Source: Phoronis australis
Taxonomy: Eukaryota > Animalia > Phoronida
Direction of reading: 5' to 3'
NCBI GenBank assembly: GCA_002633005.1
Contig: NMRA01000151.1
Location: forward strand, 761,901-825,900
DNA: 64,000 nt
Part shown: piece after piece, positions 24,118-38,600 of the stretch
Layout of the letters: each line of letters begins with the position of its first letter
Position numbering within the stretch: position 1 is the stretch's first letter
The notes under the pieces: generated by a model
What the model was told of the DNA's origin: nothing
The model's input: the letters and a program-made list of their open reading frames with translations, nothing else
The model's database searches: none
Program-made: the position numbers and the translations under genes

Positions 24118-27100
24118 AAAACATTTTGGTCTTAAGTTAGCCGTATTTTAATCTAAGTTAAGACAGAAAAAGTTCAGGGTGCCTCTGATGACTCACTGTC
24201 TCGCCTGGTTTGGTTTCAGATTTTTGCTTTTCCTTTTCTTGACATCTCTTTGTTATTTGGAAGTAAATTGTTGTCATCACCAGTGTAAATGGGGAAGAAC
24301 CTATTAAAGTACACCAATGGAATGGACTGGGGACTGACCAAGAATTAAATTACATCTGACCATGATGTGACCTTGTTGTATTGCTCATGTTTTAGACTGC
24401 CTGGCCACAATTATTGTCCTCTGAGGACAGGGGAAGCACAACTAACCCCTAGTGATTAGTGTTAAACTGAGTTGAACCTAGTGCTTGGCCTCATAAGCTT
24501 GTCATCCTGCTTTCTGTCTGTCCTAACTGGACAATGGTCATTCAGAAACCACTGCACTTCATGTCTCCAAACTACCTGTCAGTGTCCTGCCTAATTGAAT
24601 AATTTCTAAATTATGACATTCAAATTTGCTACACTGAGGAGCCTCCAGGCTTTGTCAGGCTGTCTTTGTGTTCATCTCCAGGTGGGAATGAACAAGAGGA
24701 TGGCATAGGTAGGAATATTGATTTTCACTGGTTTGCATTGAGTGGACCCTTCAACATGCTGTTCTGTGGCTGGTGTTGCTGGCACACGGATGAAATAATT
24801 GAGATTCCTATGGTGAAAACATGGCAAACTCTGCAAATGTCTGCCAGAGATCGCCTGACTGGCAATTCTTTTTCTCAAATGAAAAATTATGTAGTCGTTT
24901 GTATCTGATTCAAGTGAACAACAAATTTAAAGGCAATCTACATTCTGCATTCTGGCAAAACCCAACAGCTGGATAGTGAAGCAGTTATGTAACTTGGTTG
25001 TATCAAAAGATTAGTGTGGTTTCCTATACTATTGCTTACCTGTCAGTCATTACTGCAGGCCCCAACATTGGAAAACACCACTTTGCGAAAAATAAAACAA
25101 ATTTATTGTTCAATCATGATTTTAATCAAAGAGAAAACCAAATATAAAATATGCGTAATATGAATGGGAAAGCCAAAACATCTTGTCGCCAACTAATTCA
25201 TCTTTCAGGAAGTGATTTTCTAGATGACCTAACAGACCAAACTCAAAATTGTCAAATTTATGAAACCTAATGCTATGTAACAGATCTTTAGACTTTAAAT
25301 GAAAATTGCCATAAGTGTAGGATAGATATTAACGAGAGTGTTTATTCTGTTGGTAAAAAGGCCTTGAGCAGATTGTTCTACAGTGTGAAAGTATGTCAGT
25401 GAAAAGTAATTAAATAACTGTTATACCTTAAAATCAGGTGTTTCGCCCTCAGGTAGAAAACCTGTGTTGGTACTAAAAGCCTGTGTTGATAAGGTGACTA
25501 CCTTTCCTAACTCTGGTAAATCAGGTACCTACTATGTTGTAATCCCTTGATTTACTCTGTCAGATATCTATTGATAATAGTCATTGTGAGAGCAAGCTTA
25601 CATGGTTATTTAACTGCTCTGAGGACAATATTTGACCTTTACCACATGTTCAACAAAAGAGCAGCTAAGGGCTATTATTAAAACAAAGTGCAAAAGCTGC
25701 CTTTTAATTTAGCAGATTGGCTTTTGGTTGCTGTAAGCAGACTGGCTATGGTGTCGTATTTCAGAGGATGTTAGTTCTTGTTCAAATGAGATGATCTGCA
25801 GTGTTAGTAGCCTTGCCACAGCCGAATTATGTGCAGAATTTGTAGGTTGAAACTTGGTGTGATTAACACATTACAATTTTAAAACATTACATATATAGCG
25901 TACTGTTTGGCGAGTAGCAGTTCGCTAAATTTGACATCAGATTCAGGCCTAGGCCATAAAAAATAAAGTCATCTTGTCCAGAGTTAAAATTGCCCTATTT
26001 TTTAAATAGGGTGCGTTTCAGAAAAATTCACCTTTTGCATTAGCTCAACCAACAAACCTGTTGTCAAATGTCGACCATTTTTTTCAGTTTAGTGGTTTGT
26101 TAATTATAAATGGAAGAATATAATAATAACATATTAGTTTAGTCATGCACTCACCCATGTACAGAGTGGGTAATTTTGCTGTCTTTCCAGTGATTCTTGA
26201 ATGTGGGACGGCCAATAATGTCTATTTCTAGACTTTGAGTGAGATCAACTCCAACCTGGACCAAAATATTTATTTTTTACTGTCCTCAATAAGAAAGTTT
26301 TTACCTGTTCGTATTAAAACTTTTACAGTGAACTTAAGCTCTCAGAAACCTGAGCATAGAGGATTGCCAATTTCCATTGTTAATTTATGGGTGCTACAAA
26401 CTTGGGGTTGCCAGACTAATTGGTTTTTATTATGCTTTTTTCAAGTGGATAATTGATTTGAGGATGTGGTAATTGATGTACTGTGTTGGTTCAAGCTTAA
26501 AGTCCCTACAAAATGAGCCAACTGCCTTTTAGATATGTTAAATACATGTACTTATGTGCAACATATCTTTGTTTCAGTTTTATTTCACACAACCACTAAC
26601 TAATTACTACGCATTTTGTGCCCCCCATGTTATGTGCCCCCATCAAAAACCCCTTTTATTCTCTGGAGGAATCACAGTAGACTGGCCTATTGACATCATT
26701 GTTGAGAGCAAGCAATACATTACCAGGCTAACCACAACCTGTAGTGAGCACCTGATCAGCTGCTGGGACAGTAAAAAACAAAGTAGTTTGCTCAAGGAAC
26801 GTCACCAATTAGAAACATCGCCGACGTTAGGCATCAATGTCGACTGATAATGCAATATTACTAAGCAAAACAACGGTGTCAGGTAAAGCACCCTTCGAAC
26901 CGAACAGCGGCATAGATCTCGGATAGGGACTGCTATTGATTCACTCACGACCCACGACGAACCAATTTTCGAAGTATTTGCACCCACGTAAAAGGTCCTA
27001 CAACAGCTACGTTTCGTACTGAATCTGACAACGGCAAACTTACCGAACTCAGTGGTGGAAAAAATACTTATTTTTCACGTAAGATGTCTTGATTATCCAC

Positions 27101-29414
27101 TAACAATATCCTCAGCAATATATCATCGCGACATGGTCGGTACCATTTTATACGGTCGTGGCTCAGAAATGTCGTCAATTAATGGTGTGGGTGAATGTAG
27201 CCTATGTCTCGTTTTTATCGCAAAAAACAAACGTAAAGATGACAACCCTTGGCTATTACTTGCCAAACGACGGTCACAACTTGTCTTGCATTAGAGTAAA
27301 AGTAAGTCGACAACAAATTCTCAAGCCCTCTTTTCTGGGACAGCACGCGCGACATATATATGAGTCATCTGTCACTCACATGTTGCAGCAAATGTATCAC
27401 ATACTCCAGCGGTGGAACGTAGAGGTGTACACCTCCCAAGTCGCACATCAAAAGAGTACGCCGGCCGTTCTAAATAAAATATTGCACTGGCTTGGCTCGA
27501 TTAAGTGCTTGGGTGCTGCATATACTCGAATGCATGTGACCATAAGATAGCGCTGATTCAACTTGAGTCTTGTGGCACATTCTTTGAAATTAACATCGGG
27601 AAAGGGTGTACTTACAAACCTCGCACGTGAACGTCAGGCAGTACGGCTTTGGGTACACTTTGGAGGCACGCACTGAAAAAAGTGTGCAGTCAGCATGTCG
27701 ATGGGTTGTGCTATGATGGGAACGGCGTATTTCCCCGACTTCAAAGTATAAAATGCCTTGTGCAATTGGTCTTTCAAATCGAACAATAGTTTAAATATGA
27801 CAATCTATTCGCAGCGCTAACTTTGTCCTTTTTGCTCAATATTTTGTTTCCACCCGCAATCGCTTAGATTTTCCTGCAGGTCTCACTAATCGGCGTGCAG
27901 CTAGCTGCGTCGGTTACGGGTTAAGTTTCGTATGCCTTGAGTAAAATGCTTTTGTCTTCAAATGACGGTCCATAGCGAGTTCCGTGACAGTTGGCCGGTA
28001 AGTTTCCCCTTCTGTTTCACTTTACTCGGATTCCTCTGGCTTGAACATACACGGCGCTAATCCATCCAAACTTTGTTTCTACATTTTTTTAATCTGCGTC
28101 GATTAGAACGAGCGCCACCTAAAGTTTTTTTCGGCGCTAAATGGGGTTCATGATGGGGTCGTACGATAGTAATTGGCGTAATTAGCTAATGCCAGGAGTA
28201 AAGGGAGGGATGATATGTTTGTGTCGATCACTGATACATATATTTGGCCGTTATGTAGGGTCTTTAAAACTTGAGGGGTGGACGTTAAGCTGAACATGTG
28301 CACCTAAAAACAAAATTTTTGAGAAGTCATTGGGTGGCTGTGCCAATGATATTTCAAGATAACCCTCAGGGGACTACATGGGTCTTGCACTTCACGTGCT
28401 CTACTCAAAAGCATCGGCAGATCGTAGTCTATGTAGTTAGGTCAGAGTGGAATGATCACACACAGTAGTTCAGAAGGTAATAGTCAGTTATAGCGTTCCT
28501 GTATTTTGGGAACCAATTTGATGTAAGTTATTTATTGATGAAAACTGGTTCTCAAAATTCAGCCACATTTTATCCTACCATTACCGTTCAGAGCGTTTTG
28601 CAAGTTAAGTACAAAATTCAAAATGTGCTGGATAGATAATGTATAGTTTTTTTGTTGAATAGTTTATTTTGATATTAATGTCTTTTTGTAATCAAAATTT
28701 ACTTAACTTCCATTTTCCCTAAGTTGCTGTTCAATACTTTTGTTTGACAATTGCTAAACCAACTTTCCTTTTGACTGTCTATTGGGAAACATCCCTGTTG
28801 TAAATTATATTAATGTACTTCCTAACATGGGCCTACATGTCACTTTCACATAACATAGGCCTAAGTGTCAATTTCACAAAACCGATAATGACACGTTCAC
28901 CTCTGATTTTCTGCTTAGTTCAAAAGCTTTCAATCTCAATTTAAAATGGTTCTTTGCTAAACTGTTTTTCGTGAACTCATGAAATGCCAATTTTCACCTC
29001 ATTTTTGACTGTTCTTCATGAGCCGACCGTTGCAAGATTGGTCTCACCACCTGGTTACTTGGGTATTTTCTGCCCCAAATAAAAAGGCTGATTGTTACTT
29101 GGAGTGGAGCATGTATTGTACTTTTTGGAAATCTAAAATTTTCATGAGCTGGTCATTCACCAAGACACATGCACCTACAAGAAAGTTTTCATGGTCATAT
29201 AAATTGGGGGTGGGCGAGCAAGTGAAAATTTGGAAGTTCCAGAAATAAGCAGTGAGTCGACCATTGGTGATAATGCATTCAAGCACAGTTAATCGTATGG
29301 TGAATACAGGGGCTGATATTGGCCCACTATAGTGGACCAGTTACTTGTAAAGAAGCATTATCCAGGGCGATTGTTTTATACCATCAAGTAGTCTTTTGAT
29401 TATCAAATAAACTG

Positions 29415-29742
29415 CTTTGTATGGCTTTGATGTGTCTGGTATCTGAATGTAAATAAAAGGAGATTTGGATGACACAGTCAGAAGTGATAGGCTGCCCTTT
29501 GATGTCTGCATCAAGAGAATTCCTTGCTCAGTTGCCAGCTACTTGACCCAGTCTCTGCAGCTGGATCCAGCTTGTGTAGCCAGTCTTTGATGTGCCAGAT
29601 TAGTCCACACAACATCACATGCCTGCTGAGACTTTTAATGCATTCTTTTAATCCCACAGTAGTTAACATCCCTGCAGGGTTGGCCTTGGTTGTCTGAGCT
29701 TTGTTGTCTTTGAGAAGAGCTCAGGGTTTGCAGTGATCAAAG
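29415..29742. promoter_or_regulatory. candidate Wnt-response element: six TCF/LEF CTTTGWW sites
   Basis: CTTTGTA 29415, CTTTGAT 29425, 29497 and 29585, CTTTGTT 29699, ATCAAAG 29736. Motif evidence only. Confidence 0.45.
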
Positions 29743-29922
29743 GAGGTTGATGCTCATTCAAGTAAAGCTCCTAGCAGTGCCTCTTAAGACCAAAGCTTGT
29801 TTCCAACAAACAGGTGACCGCTTTTTTACTGCCAAAATGTCAAATGATTATGAAATTGGCTATCCCTATCTAGCAACTAGTCTGGAGTCCCATCCACACA
29901 CAGCTTAGTAGAGCCTACCCTT

Positions 29923-30300
29923 CCCATCCACACACAGCCTACCCTAGAACAACTGGCACTAGTGCGACTTACCTTACTTTTAAGTATATATCCGATAACT
30001 AGGATAAGGTGGAAGTTGTCGCTCTGTGCTTGACACTGAACAACAGTACGGCGCAGAAAAGAAAACCCGTCTGTACATGTAACTGTGACAATTTCTTCCG
30101 CCTTTCCCCACTTTTGCTGTCACACATCGATTACATGTGGCGCAAGTTACCCTAGAACGAGTTATCCCACCTCGATGATGTGGAGTTAGTTGTCACAAGT
30201 GGGGTTAGTTACACCAGTTTAAATAGCGTCCAGATAGCACTCAAACCTAGCGACAGCTGGTTTCAGGAGTAACTTGTTCTAGGTTTAGTGTGTGGACGGC
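29923..30300. mobile_element. MITE with imperfect TIRs; related copy at 49964-50148
   Basis: ccatccacacac..cctagaacaa ... ttgttctagg..gtgtgtggacgg; internal gtggggttagttacacc is mirrored at ~50065. Confidence 0.5.
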
Positions 30301-33300
30301 AGAGGTAAAGTTTTACAAAGGCCAGTGATAAAGTGGCCAAACTGCCCTAAACGGTCTTCAATTCAGCAGTAAAATTACTGGCGAGTCATCAATTTTAAAT
30401 GCACACTAAAAAGTGACCAAAATTTTGCTCAGTCCTGTTTAACCTCTTCACACACTAACTTTTCACTAGTATTTTGACTAGTAGCAAAAGCACCAGTCAA
30501 TGTGAACGGCTACAAGTGTCCCTTTTGCTAGCACTTTGCAGGCGGTTTTTGTAACCCCAAAACTATTGGCACTTTGGTTGCCTGCTTACTTCAACCAACA
30601 CATTGTCACATTAATCATAGATAGTGAAGGTGTTTTGACATTTTGTTTAAAAGTGACTCCAATGGTGAGAATACAAGCTGCTGGCAATGATTCCTTTGCA
30701 GAGAGCTTGTCTGCCTGGCTAAAACCTTAGCCTTTTCACAAACATTTTAGCCAGTGTAGCTGCTTGCGTTTCCTTCCCTTGCTGCAAGACTACAGACATG
30801 AAATATGTTCTTTCTGTTATGCTGTTCTAAACTAAAGAATATTCCATAACTTGCATGCATCGAGTTGTTAATTGATATGAGATAGAATCGTATACTTTCT
30901 GGCTGGTGGAGGCTAAGACCGACACATACTGTGATCCTTTCCAAATAACAAAATGAACCCAAAATAGCGGTAGAGCGTCCCTTTAACTGTTACTTGTGGC
31001 TGGCCTGACACTCCCCAAAAGGCTGAAGTCTGTTACATTTGTGGGAATCAACATGTGATGAATAGAGCTTGCAAATTCATGGACCTTTTCAGCCATTTCT
31101 GTTAAGGATTAAACTGTACTGTTACTAAACCTGTAGGTGCTCTAATGTGAATGGAGCTTGTTGTATGTTGTACCCAAGGTCATTGTTTTACCTGACACTC
31201 CTTTTGTAATCAATAAAGGTAAATATGCATTACATTATTGATAGGTGTTGAGGCTGTAGAGACTGAGCACAGCAGACATCAAAGAGAATTAATGAGAGTT
31301 TGGTCTGTACAGCTATTGATTTTAGTGCAATTAACTGGGCTTGGTTAATTACTACTTTCCTCTGGAGTTGTGGTTAGCTGTTAAGCAGCTCAAAGCCTAC
31401 ACTAACATTTGTTGATCTGAGCTTCAGAGGTCATTGTACCATGAGATGTTTTTTGTGTTACTCAGACACCGAAATGGACCTCTTGGTTCTACGGAGCAGG
31501 TAATTTTGTATTTCCATTTCATGGGACAGATCCACTCAATCAGCATCGTTTCAGTTTGAAAATAATAGTAATATATTTCTTTAATTTCTGAGGGGCATGC
31601 TACTTGTGGTCAGTCCTGTGTTCTGCTGACATATCTCAAATCAGTGAGAAAAAATTGGTTGTAATGGTAGTAAGAAAAGAAGGCCCATCACTGCACAGTG
31701 GAAGCCTAGCACTATAGTTGGAGGAACTTAGGGTTATTGAAGTTAAAGTGACGTTTTTCTATAATACGTTGAAAGCAATCTTGATTTTTGTTGGTGTCCA
31801 AAAATCCCCACAATAATCTCTGAAAACTATTGTTCCCAGAAAGTCTGAAACATTGGTGATTTACTTTTATTTAATGACCTTGACCTCAACGTGTTTTTGT
31901 CAAATTCAAAACCTTGTGAAATCTCGTAAAATCTCATCTAGTTTCAAGTCGAACTAGTGAAACTGTAAAAAAAAACAAAGGTATGGGAACTGTGTGCATA
32001 GCTTACATTTCCTCTGCCAAGGCCTTAGTGGCTACACAAGCATTTACATCGAGGCGAGGCGTGTTGATTATTCAGAAGTAGGGTCACTTTAGCCTGGTCA
32101 TCTTATCTGGGGGGGGCAAGTTGTGCTGGGTCAATCAACCAACTGGACACAACTTGAAGCATAGCAAAGGGCTAATCAAGACAGTTTTATGGTTCTGCTG
32201 GGGTGCTTTGGTGGTTTTTCTTTAGAGGGTATCTGTACCTGATAAGTGCTAAGCACCACTTTATTTACCCAGTCTTTAGATGTGACCTGTATCATCTAAC
32301 TTGTGTAATCTGGGTCTTGTTGGCTTGTAATTGACCAGTGGCCAGATGTCAATCTGAGTTGTGTTATAGACCAATTAGAGTTTGGAATATGATCACATGG
32401 TGTAAAAAAACGTCTGCTACACCTGCCTTTTACTCCTGGTTCAAATTAGTGGCGAAAACTCTAGCATTGGGACAAACTCTCCACGAAGGAATCATTTGCC
32501 AGAAAATTTCTCACCACCGGTGTTGCTTTTATACAAAAAATTAATGACAAAATGTGTTCACTATCTCCCATAACTTGATTAGTGGGATGATAAACAAGGG
32601 CCTCTACCCCAGCACCTGTGTGTCCATTGATTAAGGAGTCTAGCTACAAAAGTGCAGTTTTGGGGTAACTCAAACTGCCAGCGAAGCACTTGCAACTATT
32701 CACATGACTGGCATTTTTGTTACCAGCTAAAGTGCTTGCGAAAATGCTAACGTTTTAACAATTTGCGACTGCCGGGGTATTAATTTACACTTTAAAAGGT
32801 ATTCTTGTGGTAAGGTAGCTAACTTACTGCTAGTTGAATGACATATTTTGCTTACAGCTTGCTAAAATGTTATGGAATAAAGTAACATTTTCACCACTCA
32901 TGTGTAGTATTAGCGCTAAGTGTATCTGCATGTGTCCCTGTGTGTCCATGTGTGTTCTCAAAAGACTAGATGTTTTCACTGCATTCAAATTTCATAGCAT
33001 ACCCTGAGTGCAGAGAATGGATGGAAGCTATTGATGTCTGCACAAATGTTTTTATTGGTCCATAAACTGGTTAATAGTCACAGCCTGGGGGTTGATGCAT
33101 GTTTTATGAGCTCCAAGGACAGTGTTGTTACATCAGATCTACATTATTTGTGAAGTCCAGCATATTCCAGCCATATTGAAAACTTGTGTTGAAGATGTTT
33201 AGTGCAATTAGAATCACACATCATGATTCACCATCAACTGGTTGTCTTTCAATAGACCCTTTCCCTTAAGTTAACTCTGCTGCTACTATGGAACCTTCTA

Positions 33301-35553
33301 TGTTAACAGTGGCAATCCACTCTAGTTAAACGTTAGTGTGCTCATCAGCTTACAAGTTAGAAACTATTTCAGCAAAGTTATCGCAAAGCGGCGTTAATGT
33401 GACCTTCATTCATATGCCTTGCTGTTTTTGTCCTTGCCATCAAAAATGGCACCGACTTCGCCCTCTCCCCATACGGAAACTAGAATTTCAACTTCACAAG
33501 GCAGCCTCCAGTTGTGAGGTTGGGACGACGACGGTATACTAGAAGATTTAAAAAATCGTCTCTTGAGTAGGCTTACAGCTGAGCCGGACACTGGCAGTAT
33601 GGCGTACATGGCAGGATTTCATTTTGCGTACACTGTATGTTCAGTGACTTCTTTTAATGTAAAGAATTCAACAAATACTTGGATAAATTGAAGCAGAATG
33701 CTTATACTGCCAGAATAATAAATATTAGAATAAAATATTAAACAAATATTAACCAGTCACGTTCTGTTGTTGGCAAACGCTGTCACCCCTGCAGGTTACT
33801 CCAATAACATCGAAGTTAAGTGTTCCCGTTGTAGCAAACCGTCGTCGCTTTGCTCTTAAACCCACTTCTTTTCTTCGTAGTTAAGTTGCACTGTTGAGTT
33901 CAATTGAAGACCGAAGTTATGTAAGTATTCCCATTGGGTGTTACCGAACAAGTGGGAAAAGGTGTGGAATTAAGTGATATTTTTACCGGTCTGCATTGCA
34001 GGTCTTGATCCGCTTATTTGTTTGAAAACCTGAAACACGCTTCTGGCAGATCCGTTGTTCTGAACTTGAAGTATTCCCATGTCAACCATGGTGAAGACCC
34101 CAGGCTTTCCGACATTCCTGAAATTCAAAAAATCAATTTTAGCCATTTGTGTAAACAAATCTTAAGTTTTTCTAGCTTTGTTTCATGTGAATGGCTGTGT
34201 AAGTGCTGTATTAGAAATGCTTGATCACTTAGTGTTACTATTAATTTTCAGTTGTTTTGTCAGTTCTCTCTCAATGAGTTTTTCTCAGCGACCATAATAG
34301 TACCGACATTTGGCATTTTAGAATAGGACCAGCAATAGAACTCTCCTACGTTCTGTAAAGAAAGCTCGTTTTGGAATGTCGGGTTCATTTTTGCAGGTCA
34401 CCATGTCGGACACCATCCAGGTGTATTGTGGAAATATTTCCGATTTCAAGCATTTAACAGTACCAGGATTGAATAGGTATCTTCTGGAAAAGGGAATTTG
34501 TTCAGTTCCAAATCAACCAGGTGAACTTGCTTTATCCACTAGCTTTGCTCTTTCTTGTCTGTGATCATATTGTTTGATGCCGGAATGGTACAGAACTTGA
34601 CGTCATGTATCCACGCATACTTGTCAAGTTTATCCAACACTCTCCAGTCAAGAATTCCAGCCCGCAACACAGCACTAATACTTTGCTAGAATTGGAAAGA
34701 CGAATAGAGTAATGCTGCCATTAAAATGGGAAAGTACCGATATATGACTAGAAATAAAATGTGGAACTTCAATGGTGAAAAAACAGGGATGCGAAAGTGT
34801 TTGATGGATATTGCGGCATTGTGGGTAATACAGGGAGATTTGGGTATAATCCAGGGTAGCCTATTGGGTTAAATATGAGAAGCTTTTGACCATTGTCTAT
34901 TCTTGGATTAGAAGAATGGGTGTACTTGATCTTATCAATTTTCCAAGAGTGCTGATGTCTGTCCACCTTGTCTAGCTTCACTATATATGGTAGTCGTTTT
35001 AGTCAATTTTTGGAGTGTTAGTCCAGATGATGTCAGTGCTTAGGGGGTTTGTTGGTTATGTTGTGGTCTTGCCCTTCTCCAGTATAATGGAATTTTCTGG
35101 ACTGATTAGTTTGTGAACTCCCAATACTGGACTGTCTGTTCAGTTGTTGGGATAAGTATTGTTGCCTTACATAAAATCTGACATTTCAGGCTCATATCCT
35201 GGTACATCCTTTTATTCAAATTTAATGTCCTGCAATTATCATTGGTCCTTTAAGTACTACTGGACTTGTGTGCAGGATTTTATGGTTATTGTTTCTTGGT
35301 GAGGTTGAAGTATGAGTTAAAATGGTGGGTCTTGAATGTGCTGTGTGGAACCATGCTCTAATCATGGCTGAACATCTTTCATTTTTTGTCTGAATTATTA
35401 AAAAATGGCTTCTACAAACTTCTCAATATCCTCTGAAGTCCTCATCCAAGGCCTCAAAGTCTTATTCTTGACAATAAGACAAATACCCTGCCAAGTCAGT
35501 TGTATGTTTTCAGTTAAGTCAACTTTATTATGGTAATCGCATCACATACACAT

Positions 35554-35697
35554 TTTCAAATAATGTTTAGATTTACCTTTCAAATAATGTTTAGATTTAC
35601 CTTTCAAATAATGTTTAGATTTACCTTTCAAATAATGTTTAGATTTACCTTTCAAATAATGTTTAGATTTACCTTTTAAATAATGTTTAGATTTACC
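35554..35697. repeat. 24-bp minisatellite x6
   Basis: Unit tttcaaataatgtttagatttacc; 144 bp. Confidence 0.95.
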
Positions 35698-38600
35698 GCT
35701 TTTGCATCAGAACTCATACTTTTCAGTGGAAAAGATAGATGCCTGTGATAAAGAAATTGTGTTAATTGGAGCTAGCTGCAGCTTGTGAGAATGAACTGTT
35801 TTGACACAAAAACTACTGTTTACCAGTACTTGAGAACAAGAGGAGAGGGTTTGGCTACTTGAAGCAAGAATGAGAAAAATGCTCTTACCAAACAATACAA
35901 TAGGATGATTAGCATGTTTTGTTCAAGAACATATTTCCTGCGTGTTTTCAATGTTGGTCTCCAGTCGTTGAGTGGCATTACTTAGACATAAGTTGATTCC
36001 TTTTGCTCTGAAAGGTCTCCATTTGCAGTATCACAGGTGTTGTGGGTTTGCTGATTTTTACATTTTCTGTGTTTATCTCATCTGTATAGCATTTGCTTTA
36101 TTTTGTGGAAACCTGGCTTAAAAAAGCTTTGAAAGGATGCCAATTTGCTGGTGGAATGTTTGTTTTCACATCACCCTTGTTTGTGTTTACTGTTCTGTTG
36201 GGTGTGGCTTTGATGTGGATACCATGTTGAAGCCATCACTGCAGGACCTCATGCAGACTTATCTCAATGGGAGGTCTGTGTCCAGTTGTGAGGTGTCTTC
36301 CTTAAGGAGGTGCTGAACACTGGCAGTGCACACATTGATGGATTTGCTGTCTTTCTTCCACATTGTTGAAAACTTTGATTAAAACGAAAAGTGAGTCATT
36401 TAACGTCAAAACTACACTTGACCACACAAATTTTGTGCTGTCTCTTATTTTTTACCCTTTCACTTCCATCTAAGGAGGAAGCTAGTTCCCTGCTAATGCT
36501 AGACGAGCCGAAAATGTAATTCAAAATTGCTGCCATCCAAGTTTTTTTACGATTCTGGGGTGTTTGAGTGCTACCTGAAATCGCAGCAGGTTTCTCAGTC
36601 ACTGCGCAGAAATGGGTGACTACCATTTCGAAGAAAAATGTGTGTACAACTGAACTAGGTCTTTCTCATTCTCAACATCACAAATACAACCATACCAGAT
36701 TTAATGAGCCTACTTGTATTGCATACCTCAAAGCTATCACCAAAGCTGCCTTCCCCAAAAATAGCAATTTTTATTCCATGGATACGTTGTTGAAGTGCTC
36801 AAAATTTTATTAAGGTTATGTTTTGTGTTCAGCGCGTACTGCGCTAATGATGGAATTCAAGTTAGAGAATGTCGGATAGTACAGCGTTGATGTTTTGGTG
36901 CAGTATAGAAGCTTAACTTTGGTGCCACCTGATTTATTTGCAGGTGGTGCTGCCAGTAACAACTCCAGTTTTGTTATTATTTGACATCCACTATTCACAT
37001 TACTGTCACTATAAGCACAACATTTCATTTTTATCTGGCCATATACACCCTATTTCAAATTAAAAAATTACACCTGGATAACATTTTCGGAGTGCCATGT
37101 TCCTAATAACTTCGATGGCCCACATATCAAACTACGATGACTTTTATATTCGCTGACTATCGAAGCCACTCTGATAGGTTCAATCAACTTGACATATTGC
37201 ATCCACAGCCCTCACGTTTTGGTGAGTTTTGTTGTTGTTAAGGTTGTTGTGACTTGGAGTGAGGGACTTCTGACCACAAGCTTTTGTACAAATACTACCA
37301 GCAGAGCATGTTTGCATTGGCTGTCAGTCACCAATGACCTTGCTGTTCTATGTCATAGTAAGATCAGCTATGTTGCCAGTAGATTTAATCACTAACAAGT
37401 GTGAGATGACGTTAATTTCTCCTTCTGACACACTCATTTAATAACCTCTCTTGGAAAGTTTACCCAATCCCAGTCTGTTTGACTACTGGGTGATTATGGG
37501 TAACAAGCCCTCCCTGCTGTGGCTGTACTGTATTTAGCATTTGCTAAGATTCTATAGTTGCAAAATATCTTTGGCATGGGTCAGCCAGGACAAGACAGGC
37601 CACCACCCCACTTCACTCTGTGTGTCGGGCTCACTAGGAGACAGTGTGGTAGTTTTGTTTCGCTCTCCAGAGGTAGTCTTTTATTGAAGGACGACGTCGT
37701 TGCACAGCACTAAGTCTGTGACTGAAGAATTCTTCTGGAGTTAGTCATCCTTAATATCTTGGGAGAAAATCTCTCACTTCTGCTAACCATCTGCACACAG
37801 TTTCGCAATGAAAATTTCGAGAATCAAGAAGCACCATCCTCCATCAAAGATCAGCTGCAGGGCAAGTCTCACCAATCATTTTACCTTATGCTCTTGCTTG
37901 GTCTACTGGGTGTGTATGGACTAACACCATGTATATCTTTTGTGTTCATCAACAGTGGGGTAATAAGACGATGAAGCTTCAAAGTATATTTGGTAAAATT
38001 GGTAGTGTCTAATATTTATTAGAAATCTACTTGAACATTCAGGTTTCACTCTTTTGTTAATGTTTGTTAGTTTATACACTATCTCAACTCCATTACTATT
38101 ACTTCAGTTCACATATTTGTAACATTGGCATTTTTATTGCGTTGTGTGAATTGAAGACAAAATCTCACAATCTGAACAGGGTTAAATATTCCTTGTCTGA
38201 ATATACCGCGTTTGACATATAGGATGAAGTAATAGCTAATATGTACTGATGACACGGAATCTGATGGCTATTAACCTTTTTTCTTGATGTCGTTTTTTAT
38301 CTCAATTTGTTTCAGTTTGTTCAATGTTACATCATTCTTGGTGTGTATTTCATGGGAAACTAATTATTGAATACGTAAAGGTCATTAGTTGCAGGATTTT
38401 TTGTGAAATTTGCTCTGAATTGTTAATACTTATCAACACATCATTTGGCTAAGGCAGTCGCTATTTCACGATTTTTTTTCGACAAAATGTTTTACATTGT
38501 TAAAGTTGCAAAGTTCGGACAATGAGCAAATGGATGGAGCTAGCACTATCTATCTTAGCATTTTTAACAACTTTGATGATGTCACATTGCAAGGCAGTCA

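Noticed and set aside
35554-35697. CRISPR-like array
   Set aside because: Head-to-tail 24-bp units with no unique spacers, in a eukaryotic intron.
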